DNA from: Trichoplax adhaerens
Taxonomy: Eukaryota > Animalia > Placozoa
Length of the DNA stretch: 64,000 nt
Direction: 5' to 3'
NCBI RefSeq assembly: GCF_000150275.1
Contig: NW_002060943.1
Location: 2,756,462 to 2,820,461, forward strand
Part shown: in pieces, positions 52,015-64,000 of the stretch
Numbering within the stretch: the first letter of the stretch is position 1
Layout: every line of letters starts with the position of its first letter
Translations under genes and position numbers: made by a program
The notes under the pieces: generated by a model
Databases searched by the model: none
What the model saw: only the letters and a program-made list of their open reading frames with translations
What the model was told of the DNA's origin: nothing

Positions 52015-52300
52015 GGGCTTGATGGCTATTTCATTGCTTGCTTTTATTTTAGTGAAAGTACTTTATACATGTTACACGTGTAGTAAATGTTATGTTTTAG
52101 TTGGGTCCTTGCTTCAGATCAGGTGTAAATTATACAGAAAGGTAATGCTTAGCAGACAGATGAATCGTTAAATATTTTTTGCTTATTGCACTTTTAACAG
52201 TTATTAATACTTCACAGCGAGCTTGTGGAGCTTGATGACTATTTAATGGTTTCCTTTTATTTTAGTGAAATTAATTTAAACGTTTATCCCGTAGTTTGCT
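52015..52300. repeat. Short diverged direct repeat (about 70 bp, two copies about 210 bp apart)
   Basis: gtgggcttgatggctatttcattgcttgcttttattttagtgaaa versus gtggagcttgatgactatttaatggtttccttttattttagtgaaa. Confidence 0.6.
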
Positions 52301-53786
52301 TTAATCCATTACAGATAGCTAGCAACAAGTCTATATAGATATAAAATATAAGTTTAGATCAGGTCGTTCGATAACAATGGCTACCTATACTCGTACACTG
52401 CCCATTCCTACTAATCCTTGCTATGCTACAAAAGGTGCAACATTATAGTTGTTCAAAATCTATTTCCCTTTATATTGGATATAATTTTAACATCTACAGT
52501 AATATTATAAAGCAATAGAAATAATTCTACCTCTACTTCATTTATGATGTATGCTCTATTCCCTATTTTTTACCGGTACTTTAACTGTATACTAAACAGA
52601 GTATACTCAGTTCTGTACTGCTGCAGATTTATTTCAATATCAGTACATACAGTACTATGCCCTAAAATGGCCATTTATAAGCAAATGATAAAGAAACCAA
52701 TTACTGTGTAATGCTCGAGCTAGCTAATATTCGTTGAAGAAATGAAACATAAGCTCAGCCACTACATAGACAGTACTGTAGCATAGTGCATATTCTGCAC
52801 TATACTAGGGATGTTCATTGTATTTGTTATGGTTGTACTGTTGTTGCATTTGAAAGCACCTTTTCGTAGTATAAAAAACATGATATATTTCTTTACGACA
52901 GTGCTAACTTTGCTTATAAATTGTTGTATGTAAGGTTTTTCTTCAGTTTCATAGGTACAAGTATAATTGAATAATATTTGTTGTTAAAAATAACATTAGT
53001 CGGAATAAATGCAGACTTTAAATATATTACAATACTTATAGATCAATTTAAGCCTCTTCAGTTACATTATACAGTATACTCTGTTGCCTTTACGAATACG
53101 CTTAGACCTTCTCTTCTATCGTATTGGTGCATTAAAAAATGTAAAATTCGTGCTGGTGTATTTCAAGTTCAGAGTGTGTTGCAGATGTAATGCAAAATTA
53201 AAAATTTCACCAAATAGCATACAAGTTAATAACATAGAACATCAAGCTAACTTGTGTGCCTGAATTTAAAGAGGTACTGCAGCTGCTATTACTGGATGAT
53301 TAGCTGTAAGTGAGACAAAAATTGTAATACGTGTAATAGCGGATTGCAACCATAGCATAGATATACCTCAACCTTAGAAGTGACTACGATGCAATAAAAT
53401 CCAATTATCGTATCATAAATTATTTCGTACAGTCAATTATGACTCCATATCATTACCGAATGATAGGGTAATTGCTGGGATAGTTCAAGTTGCCGAATAG
53501 CAGTTCTTTTTAGTCTTTACATCAGTTTTACAAATGAACTGTGGCTGGATATCGAGAACGATCACTAACTAATAACGAAGCATGACGATAAAACAAATTG
53601 ATTATTAAAAGAGTTAATTTTTATTTTTAGAATTCTGTTGTTCATAAAAGCAATGAAAGAGAGTAAGGTTGTAAAGTAATTACTCCACTCAGCGCGTATA
53701 ATTGAAATATGTTAATTCAGTATAGCAAAACTATTAGCAATAAAACTGAAAGCCTAAGGCTTTATGTATGATTAATAACAATATAG

Positions 53787-55814
53787 TTATTTAGTGAGAA
53801 GTTCATCCCAGTCACTCCAAAATTCCGCCTTAAGCCGATCAGTATATTCAACTAAATTTGGAAACTTATCACGGAGCATGATGTTTGGCCAGCTTTGTGG
53901 ATTCAGTCCATAGACAATATTCGCTAGGTAACCGAATAAAGCACAATCATACGAAGTAGGCCTATCACCAAGTATATAATGCTTGTCTCCAAGTATTGTC
54001 GAAATTGCCTGTAGATCTCCTTCAGTGATATGTCTAATCTCTTCATCAGAATGCTTATCCATTCCATGACTTTTCAGATTTTTACCTAATCGACTCTTGA
54101 AACTCCATAGAAATAGATTTCTCACTATCCAGGATATAGATTTGGCGGTCGAAAAAAACCACTCGCTATCTTCAAAGATTCTGTTACGAGCCACTGTAAT
54201 GCTAATATATAATTTGATTTAAAATATCAGTTACAGTTTAAAGTGCATTACACCGCAAAAGAACGATTTCTATCAGAAGTCACATGTTGAATGTATAAGT
54301 AATATTAGAATGGACATATGCTATCGAATCGAGCTCTCGTTAACTGGGAAATCGAAAATCTGACGGGACTGTGATAAGTAAATGACCAGCATTAAATATT
54401 GAGATTTAACATTCGTGAAATTATGCTGTCGATGATGTACAATTTTCTATAGCCTTATACTGTACTTCCTTAAGCGAAGAGTACGTTTCTTCAGGGTTTA
54501 TTTCTTTAGACTGTTTCATTGCCATACTCTGACTGTTTAACTGTGTTAATGGATGATTTATTCATAAACAGATATAATTCTGTAGCAAGAAATTAGGCTA
54601 CTCGAAGCTAAGAGTATTAATAGATTGTCCATTCTTTCCCTTACAATATTGTAATTGCGTATGACAGTACCAGATTCCCAGTATTCTAGATATAAATGTG
54701 CATAAAGTTAGTTAAAGTTAATTTGCCATTAATGCTAATTGAGAACAATACAAATCTTTAGTAGGGTTGCTAGTATTAACTTTAGATAATGATACACAAC
54801 CTTTATTTCTTGCGTATCATTATACAGAATGTACTGTGCTACCGTAGTGCAATGATTGCTCGGTTGTACAGTAGATAAAAGGAAGTTACCAGCAATCTGC
54901 TTAGTACACCATCTTGGTAATTTGTAGCAGTGCATCCTATCTACGGGTGAGCAAAGACTGTAAGAGCATGGTATGGCGATTTAAGAGGATATCAGTCCCT
55001 GATACTAGATTGATTGCAAAATTATGACGATAATGTGCAAGACAGTAGTGTCAAAGGGATCTGTACTTGTGCATTAGTTAGGTGTACGGTAGGTGGCACA
55101 AATCCAGAAGTAATTATCTACAGGTATTGCAATAGAGAGAATTTGATTACTTAAAGTCAGTTAATACTAGCAGTTTTCAAGGCAATTAATACAGTATAGT
55201 GTGCTGCATGAAGGCATGTTGAACTCATCCGTTTACCGACAACATCTGCAGGTGTTTAATCACAAATTTGGTTCAGGAAAAGTTTCTTATACTCAAGCAA
55301 TTGCATCCATATTGCCAGATAGTAAAAAATAGTTACAACATAAAACTTGAATAATAAATTAAGCTACTACTTTATCACCATTGATAACTTACTAGACAGT
55401 GTTTTCTTCAAAAGTTTTCTGCACCACTCTGCCAAGAGCTCGTTCTTCCTCACTGAGATGTTCATCTAATGTGATCTTGAAATAGTCTGTTAAATATTCG
55501 ATGATAAATGAAGAGTCCGTATGAGCTTTACCATCGATTTCTATCCAAGGGGCCTTTTGTTTTGGGCCTAACGGTTGATCGTAATCATTTTCGTAAGGTA
55601 TTCCGGTTAATCGAAAAAATGTTAGCAATTTTAAAGCAAAAGGCGAAGGACTAAGAATAGTTGATGTCGATGGGAAATGATGCAATAAGACAACTCCAGG
55701 GTCTACCGTTTTAGCATTCTTTTTAAAAAATTTGATTGCAAGGTAGCCTAGCAGACCTGCAGCAGCAGTTCCAGCTAAGACATACTTCGTGTCAACAGTA
55801 CTTAAAGATGTCAT
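53787..55814 (-). CDS. FAXC: Failed axon connections (FAX)/metaxin-like GST-fold protein, about 278 aa, two exons, N-terminal hydrophobic anchor
   Basis: Exon 1 55814-55393 (SPSPFALKLLTFFRLTGIPY, PKQKAPWIEIDG, DSSFIIEYL) joins exon 2 54201-53787 (DLQAISTILGDKHYILGDRPTSYDCALFGYL, FPNLVEYTDRLKAEFW) through a phase-2 GT-AG intron. Confidence 0.88.
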
Positions 55815-58363
55815 TATGTTTAAATGGATGGCGACTCTGACTATCCAGAAAGGAAGAGTAGTATCGAAAAATGAAAAGTCTTGGCCAGCAGTAATACTAG
55901 ATGATCAGTCTGCAGGATGCAGCTTCGACAGGTTCTACTGACAGTCAAAACGTCAGAAATCCTGCGCAATGCAAGCGTTAAATATAGAGAAGTTCATCCT
56001 GTCCGTTACTAATGTACTTTTACTGAGAGTTGATTTTGACGTAAGATTACAAAAGACGGCGAGGTAATACTCCATTGTTGCAACAGCTCCAAAAATTTAC
56101 ATCACAAATAATACTCGAATGAAATTCTTGAGAGTAGAGGGATTATAATCTCGGCAGCTATTTCAAATAGTGCTAAATTATTGAATGATGAGCGTTTATG
56201 ATTAATAATTATAGTGCAGCCCCAAATTAGATTAAGATCAGTAAAATTATAGGGCATATACAAAAACCAAACTTTGCTGTACAACATCACAAAGTTAATG
56301 CTAATTTTGAGGCTGTTTTATACTATGATTGGTTTTTGTAGATACCCTAAAGTTATATTATGACTTGCACACAGGGCTCCAAACAATGATATTATTTACT
56401 GTGCTTGAGTTGTCTACCCCAATATTTAATTGTGTTCGTCTTTGCCGTTTCAAAGTTTCAATTTTGCCTTCATTTTTGCTTTTGCGATCAATTGAATGCA
56501 TATGAAATAGCTCTAGAACCTACTGTGAAGATCATGACTCCGTACTGTGTAGCACCCAATTGAATTTATCCAATTGTCCTATGTATTGTGGAATAATCGT
56601 TGCGGTATAAATTAATTTAATTAAGTTATCGATTTTTATTACACAACTACAATACTTTAGAGTAAAAGTATGGAAGGCAAGATCAGATAGTGCAAGGATA
56701 TACTGTCGATCGTTTGTATCACTCATATATTCGAAATGTCCGATTGGATGGCGATCTACCGACAAATACTTCCGCAGTTCATCGTGAAGGTTATGTCAGA
56801 TTTATTTAACGAATTTCTGCAAGGATAGGGTTGTTGGGACGAAATTTATCTGAATTCGTCTGGTATAGACACTATACAGTATGTGTCTTGGAGTTTTATT
56901 ACACTGGGAAAAGTAATTTTATAGTCCATAAGACGACATCAGATTTGCGTATTTTAATGGATTTCTACTCAACGTCTTCGTTTGTACGAAATGAGATTTT
57001 CGTTAGTTATGCATTACAGTATAAGCTCTTAACTTATTCTGTTAGACTTGCTGTAGCATATTCACTTAGGCATAAAATTTACAGCAAGTCCGTAGAACTC
57101 TCTTCAGGAGATTTCTAGCGAGTCATCCGTATTACAAAGTAGAAGGGTTCGAAAACCTAACAACTGACAAATAAGTAATTACTTTGTGGTCCATTGAGAA
57201 GATTATATCAGTTTTTAATTTAATTTAAATAAATTTTTGTATTAATGCAATCAATCAAATTAGACTCATCTGAGTTAAGTTGAGATATCGTACAGGACAC
57301 TATATAGTATATGCCTAAACTAAACTGATTATACCCGCAAAACACGTACCATGTAAATACCGGGCTATCACATAAAGAAATCAAGATAAATATTCTTCTA
57401 TTAGTTTATAATTGATTTAATCAGTGATAGATGGGACCTTGCCTTGCTACCGTAGCGGTAGCTGCATACCATAATCATACAGTATAATAATCAATGAGAT
57501 GAGTTCTAATGGCTACTAAACAAATAATGCTATATTATTGAACGGCGTTTTTCGAATTATGAAACTCTAATGATACTCCAATTGTACGTAATCATGCCGC
57601 CTAAGTCAGTACGATGTACTACTTATTTGGTATTAATATTCCAGGAATCAAAGTTGTAGATTTTAAACAGAATCGTACACAGACGTACATATTTAATTCA
57701 TATAGTTGAACTCCTTTGAAAAGCTAAATTATGAACTAGTGTTGAATATATACGTATCATAATGAATATTTATACACAACTTACTACATATGCGCATACA
57801 GCGTATATCTTACAAGATTGCAATGTAGCAATACTTAATCATCTTGCCAAAATATTGTATCTATACTTCTTAGATATTTATAGTAACTGGTAACTGACTA
57901 GCTTCATTTATACCTGTAAGCAAACTAGTCAAACTTAAATTCATATTTTTCTTTTCTTTTGTAATAACGAGATGTTGCAGTATAGTGATATCGGAAGCTT
58001 CAATCGGATTTTTACCAAAGTTGTCTTACAGAGACAAAAGGTCTTAAGGAGGCATGGATCATAGTAAAGTGTGAAACAAGATGGTACAATCTGCAGCTTG
58101 TTGCAATGCACATAGTGCTGTACTTATATATCCATAAATCATGATCTATTCATTATATTAGTTTAAATTTTCGTTTGATGTTTAAAAATTATTAAGCTGT
58201 AGATTGAATGCAAATATCGCTACCATCGCATCATATATTTGGAATATATCATCTAGTATTATGGCTACTATGTCAAGTGCCATTATTGTTTGCATGTGCC
58301 TGTCGAGCGCATATTAATCTGGAATGCTAATCAAAGTGAGTGCTAAAAGAAGGTTGGTTAAAG

Positions 58364-59504
58364 TTAGTGAACGCATCGCTGCTCCCAATCAGGCCAAAAG
58401 TTGCTCTTTATTCTTTCTACATAACTATTTAAATTCGGTAAATAGTCCTTTACGTATAAAGTTAGCGAGGACTCAGGTGGATTACCGTAAATAATATTAG
58501 AGATGATGCCAAACATGGCTGCATCAATTGTGGATGGTTGATCGCCAAACATATATTTTTTATGCCCGAGCACAGCCGAAACTGCTTTAAGATCTCCAAT
58601 GGCGATTGATTGAATTTCTTCAGTTGAATGTCTGCCTATTCCATGCTTCTTCATGTCTTTGTGCACTTTTCCAGCAAGAACATAACGAAAGATAAGGTAT
58701 AGGTAGCTGGGCAAGTTTGCAGCTTTTAAGGTATGAGAGATGTGAGCTGAATTTTGAAATCGCACGTTAGTAATGCTGGCCCTAAAATTGTGAACGAGTT
58801 CATTTGAAATAACATTCATCAGTGCCGTTTGCGAGTGATATCGCTATTGATATTTTGTGTGTTATGGTAAGTGTCAGTAATTGTTACAGTATCGTACAGT
58901 GATGTTGACAATAAGTTTACATTATAAAAGCTATTCTGTGTCTGTACAGAATACTAATTTTGCTCAATTATTACTGTGTGCGTAGACAGCTACTAGTAGA
59001 ACTTCTTATAATACCAAGTGTACGATCAAGTAAACATAAAAATTGCACACGATAAAGCACGCTCGATTCAAGCTGACATACTAGACCTTACCATCTGGTA
59101 TTTTCCTCCATCATTCTTTTCAATGCATGAGCTTTAGCCCTATCCTCATCGCTAAGATCTTTATCCAAATCTACTTGAAAGAATTCGTTTAAGTGATCCA
59201 TTATAAAATTAGTATCTTCAATTTCCTCTCCATTTAATTCAATCCATGGAATTTTTCCCTTTCTCTTTCCAAATGTCATACTAAAATCATTGCAATATTT
59301 AATCTTTGCCATCCTGAGGTATGTTTCTAATTTCATGACGAAAGGCGAGCAACTGGGCAAGGGTCTGCATGCATTAAATTGATGTAATCTGACCACGTTC
59401 GTAGGTAGCGGTTCCCTCTTTGCTCGATTGTTACCAAAGTAAATTTTTAGTAACAGTACTATAACGACAGCACTAATAATGGCTATAGGAAATAATGATG
59501 ACAT
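58364..59504 (-). CDS. FAXC: Second FAX/metaxin-like GST-fold protein, about 276 aa, two exons, N-terminal transmembrane segment
   Basis: Exon 1 59504-59092 (PSCSPFVMKLETYLRMAKIKY, KGKIPWIELNG, MMEENT) joins exon 2 58781-58364 (HGIGRHS, GDLKAVSAVLGHKKYMFGDQPSTIDAAMFG, PNLNSYVERIKSNFWPDW). The intron position and phase match the neighbouring copy. Confidence 0.9.
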
Positions 59505-59742
59505 GTTTTCGTTCTTGAACTCAACGCCACAGGAATCTAAAAAAGGTTTTAGAACCTATCATAGAAGCGTACATAGACATATATAGTACTGGTGTTATTT
59601 TATACCCAATGAAATTGGGGAGCTCTGCTGCAGTCTAGCTCCAAAAGATGCAGCGGCGTGGTTTGTTTACATTTGCTCGCTTTGTTTTGGTGTCCTTTCT
59701 TGCTCTTGCATAGTATTGTACTGTACAGTGTACTGTACGCCA

Positions 59743-59772
59743 GAAAAAACGAAAAATAAAATAAAAAATAAA
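59743..59772 (-). terminator. RNA polymerase III oligo-T terminator downstream of the tRNA
   Basis: The minus strand reads TTTATTTTTTATTTTATTTTTCGTTTTTTC just after the tRNA 3' end. Confidence 0.75.
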
Positions 59773-59776
59773 CTGG

Positions 59777-59848
59777 TTCCCACACCGGGAATCGAACCCG
59801 GGCCGCCTGGGTGAAAGCCAGGAATCCTAACCACTAGACCATATGGGA
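59777..59848 (-). tRNA. tRNA-Glu: tRNA-Glu, anticodon TTC (UUC)
   Basis: TCCCATATGGTCTAGTGGTTAGGATTCCTGGCTTTCACCCAGGCGGCCCGGGTTCGATTCCCGGTGTGGGAA is 72 nt. It has acceptor stem TCCCATA/TGTGGGA, anticodon loop CTTTCAC, T-loop TTCGATT, and A- and B-boxes. Confidence 0.97.
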
Positions 59849-62800
59849 TAACCACTGAATGTATATGTAAGTTTACATTATTTAAATAAATACAATCAAT
59901 CGTTTTCCAAAATAAAAAAGAAAGAAAAAAAGAAAATAAATCAATAAAAACAGGAATTTTAGGTTGGGGCCTATGGGTACAGTATCACTGCAGAAGCATG
60001 TACTGTACTGTACTGTATTGTATTGCATTGCCAGGGAGTGCCATCTACTGTACACTGTACAGTACAGTAAGGTAAAACTAAAAATTCCCCTAAAGCGGGT
60101 ACAGCGGGTAATGGAGGAAAATAAAATTTTATTGTGGAATAACGGTACAGTACAGTACTGTACTGGTACTGTGTGACTTTACAGTACAGTATGTACTGTA
60201 CTGTACTGTACTGTACAGTTGAAAATTGATAGAACTCCTTAGGCGTTACCCATACAGCATCTACTGTACTGTAGTCTACTGTACTGTACAGTACAGTACT
60301 GTACAGTGCGCTGCGAGGTGAAGATCTCATTCTGGCTGTACAGTACTTAAGTACAGTACAGTACTGTAGCATGATTGAAGACTGTACTGTACGTTGTAGT
60401 AAAAGCGACATTTATACACTGGGATTTGGGCGCTCATGACATAGGCAAGCGTTTAGGCTTGACCGAGATCGCTTCTTTCTAATGATGTTACAGTAATAAT
60501 CTTAAATTATATCTAATACGCGTAAAACTACTTCATCAAATACAGTAGAATTTCAATTTGAAAGACTTTTTCCTGACATTATTTTGTTTAAACACATCGT
60601 ACATCGTAGGTTTTATTAATTAATAAAGCCTGTAGCAGTTAATGTGAATCTAGCTCGCTTGAACTATTGACGTGGTGACGCAACTGGAGAAGAATCCAAC
60701 TTGGTAAAGTTTGTAAACTCTGGAATCGCAGGTACTATGCTGTATACTGTATAGTAAGCCTTGTGCAATGACGCATATACTAGATATATTCATACAATGT
60801 GTTTATAAATGTTAGAGCATAACTCCTGTTTTAACCGACTAAAGGCTGTAATCTCAGTCTTTAAAGTCATGAAATACTACTATATTCATGTGGATAGTAC
60901 TATATACAGTCTTATACTTTCGTAAGCCATTGTATGGAAAGCACTATCAACTCTGTGATGCTCGCTTGATTAGAAGCGATCGATAGAAATAGTTGACCAA
61001 TACGTTATATTATTCTAATTGAAGAAAATGAATTTATCTTTTGCATTATTACAAAGTCATTCTTTGTAGTGCCGAAGCATTAGTTACTACATTTATAAAG
61101 TGCTATACATTAGAATAAATAAAAAGTAAAATGACACCATAAACGTATGATTTAGTGTAGTGTACTGTTTTACAAACTACTAGAAAATACGACGATAATC
61201 ATCAGGAAAGATTCACGAATACGGCGCTGCCGTGCTACTACAGTACTATGAGCGGAGTTATCATCATGTAGTGATATTTGCGTTATGTATAATAGAGTAT
61301 ATGTACTTTATGTAGACATAAGCCGTCTAAGTATTTTAAAGTAATCTTGAAATTTCTTCGTTTTAGTCACATCGTTATCCGTCGATTACTTTGATCTAAA
61401 ATTAAAATTGGCCGAAAGGGGTTAATTTCGATTTAGACAACAGGATGAGTACTAGCGTTCGTAGTAGCGGTACCAACAATCGAGGATTTTCAAATCGTAG
61501 AATAAGGTATGATGATTATTACAAACTAACTAAATTATCTTTGCGGTAGACTATTGTAAAAGTTCTGGAATGAGTTGATTTGAGACTATTCGTATAGCGA
61601 TGAGGAATGATGCAGTCTAAACAGTCTGTACATTGCCTTAATATCTTAAATGTTAGCGATTGAGAGCAATCCATAGATCACTGTAATGCAACACTGCGTT
61701 GTACGGTACACTATGATTCAGCTATTATTGCACGGTTCTGTATCGCCCATGTTATATCATTGCGTCTATTTTGGATTAGTTGCTAAATTGGACGTCTGCT
61801 GAAGTATTGTGAATGCAATGCAGTAACTTAGTGCTGGTACTAGTTACTGTTATACTGTCCTGTATTATGATTATACGCGTATGGATTGGATCCACTGACA
61901 AGAAGGGCAGATTGGATACTTGCTTGATTCAGTACTTCATTACTTTATATTATACAATCCACATTACATTACTTAATAAGTCCATTATTGTAGCAGGATC
62001 GAACGTTGTGTTCTGCCACATGAAATGGGTCAATGATCCGTTTATACTATTAAGCGTGGTTAAAAATACTGGAAGGACAGAATAAATAATCAAAGAAGTG
62101 ATTTTATTATCAGTTTCTTAAATTTCATCGTCTCGCACAGCAGTATTCCTACGCGTATACTTTCCCGCAAGGCACATTCAACGCAATGTGTGCCGCCAGT
62201 TTACAGTTCCATTTTTGGACAATATTTAGATTGGGACGACATTGGTCCGCAAATGATATCTACGGTAGTTATTCACTAATACAGTATAGCCCAATGGTGA
62301 GTAAATGATGATTTTGTACGAAAGTAATTGGTAGTCCAATCTCTTTTTGCTTCCCTGTGCTTTAGCCAACAGCATTTTTAACAGTACGGTTCCATTGACA
62401 GTCCAGTAATGTTACGGGTACTTTGCCAAGGGATTTCTTCTCATCATTTCCTCATTTCAAGTCAATGGCTAATGCTCTCAGTAGTGTCATGCTATACTGT
62501 ATGCTGGTAGGGCGTAATGACGTTGCAGACTACATACCGTATACCAAGTTAGCAACTACGTTTCCAGTATCTCGCTGCTCGTGTAGTTTGACTTCCCGTC
62601 TGTACGTCCGCGTCCCTTGCGGTTCTCGTTGTGGGTTTTCGCGCAGCAATGGTGCCTGTGGACTCCTTTTACAGTATTAAATTACAGTAGTGTTGTATTT
62701 GGAATCGCTGGGCCATCCTCTAACTACAGTAAATACTGCAGTTTTCTTTGGCAAATTATGATGAAACAATTTTCTTACAGTAGTCGCTGTCTTCAAAACT

Positions 62801-64000
62801 CAACACCTGTCTCTGATACTTTCTAAACAAGTAATTTTTTATCATAATATCTCGTGCAGTATGACACGGTGGCCATCTTTTAGTAGTCCCTGGCGTGGCC
62901 ATGCATCTCCAGTCGTCTTCTTTAATTAATCTATTCACGACAGTCAATCTTATTTAACGTCAATGGTTGCAGCTTCATACAGTACCATAATCCTTTCTCG
63001 TCTTTGGGATTAGTTATTGTGTAATCCGTGTGAATACTCTGTCATTTGCTGTAGCTGTTTTGCCCGTGCTTGTTTTGATAATAGCGTCAGCTTTACTTTC
63101 CTCCCCGATTGGTAACCATAACTACCCTATTACTATATCCAGTCTGTGGTTGCAGCCTACTTGAAAAGTAGCAGTTTTCCAGTTGAATAGAGCAACAACT
63201 GTCATAAATTGCAGTATACCTAAATGTATTTATTGGTTGATAGATGGTCTTACTTCATTACCATACCCTACTGTATTTTGTCACGGATGGATGCCGATAA
63301 ATTCATCAATTGATCTTTTCACTTACTCTTTCTTTAGAGTGATCGAGAGCATTCTATTGAGCAATCTGCATACGATGCAGTCAGTATTCAACAGAAAATT
63401 AATTAAAAAGAAGTTGTAGTTTTAATCGACGATTGGTGCTGCTCGGCGGAGTATAATGTGCGATATTATTCATTCATAGTTATCCTTAATTAAGTTGAAA
63501 CTTTGGTGCTTTCTATTCTAATTAGGCTCTGTTGATTTAAAACTTTTCAACTATTGCACGTTTGCTTGCGTTGGAATAGATGATATCGGGACCTTCGATC
63601 AATATAAGTACTTGCTATCAAAATTGAAAACAATCACTTACAGGGACAAATAGAGTAATTACACTTCATAGCGACTGATAGTCCTTGTTCCATCGGCGTT
63701 TTATAGCTTTCTACATTGATTAGTAGAATGGAGGGTAATCAATAACTTGCATCAGCCCTTGTTTTCGAAGTCATAGACAATCGATGATAATGGTTGTACT
63801 TGTACATTACAGTATATCATAGAGGTATTGTGCGACGCAGTACAGTAGAATCATGGCTTTCGCAACAATCGAGCTACAACACACTACCATGTAATTTACA
63901 AAGGAGACATTGAACCCTTTCTTAATTCTATCCTATCACTTCTTCTCTTATTGGTGGTATTATAATAGCAGATAGGGAGCTTTACTTATTCTGTCTAGGA

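Larger units (their letters stand above)
59711..60400. repeat. TACAG/CTGTA pentanucleotide low-complexity arrays, in both orientations, flanking the tRNA
   Basis: Examples: gtactgtacagtgtactgtac (59718-59738), tactgtactgtactgtattg (60001), tacagtacagtactgtactgg (60146), gtactgtactgtactgtactgtacag (60193), tactgtactgtacagtacagtactgtacag (about 60277). Confidence 0.9.

Noticed and set aside
59600-59855. ORFs including VVRIPGFHPGGPGSIPG
   Set aside because: They are translations of the tRNA-Glu sequence and its flank.
59964-60411. 146-aa and 70-aa ORFs rich in STVQY/YCTV
   Set aside because: They are translations of the TACAG/CTGTA repeat, not proteins.
1-64000. CRISPR arrays, prokaryotic operons or intact transposons
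   Set aside because: No regularly spaced repeat-spacer units and no transposase or reverse transcriptase ORFs were seen. The sequence is intron-rich eukaryotic DNA.

Overview
AT-rich eukaryotic DNA with short GT-AG introns. The gene style suggests an early-branching animal, possibly a placozoan; this is an inference and was not verified. Hand-splicing of bases 1-50,000 gives a cluster of nine RLK/Pelle (IRAK)-family kinase-domain genes of two types. Five K genes (one partial; the four complete ones have 9 coding exons and about 310-330 aa) look catalytically intact: GxGGFG, VAIK, HRDIK, DFG. Four P genes (10 coding exons, about 337-348 aa) have intact reading frames but degenerate motifs: Gly-loop lost, HRD changed to HNN/HND/HNN/HNC, DFG changed to DGC. 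The order is K0(+) P1(-) K1(+) P2(-) K2(+) P3(-) P4(-) K3(-) K4(-), so the first six genes strictly alternate and include two head-to-head kinase/pseudokinase pairs. None of the eight complete genes has a death domain or ectodomain. Most instead have short N-termini with Gly2 myristoylation and/or Cys-cluster palmitoylation motifs, resembling plant receptor-like cytoplasmic kinases more than animal IRAKs. Decayed LRR-like and Ig-like coding relics and several tandem duplications surround P4. The rest of the window holds two tandem two-exon FAX/metaxin-like GST-fold genes, a tRNA-Glu(TTC) gene followed by a genomic CCA and flanked by TACAG/CTGTA repeats, and an unresolved end region. All exon coordinates were derived by hand and need transcript confirmation.
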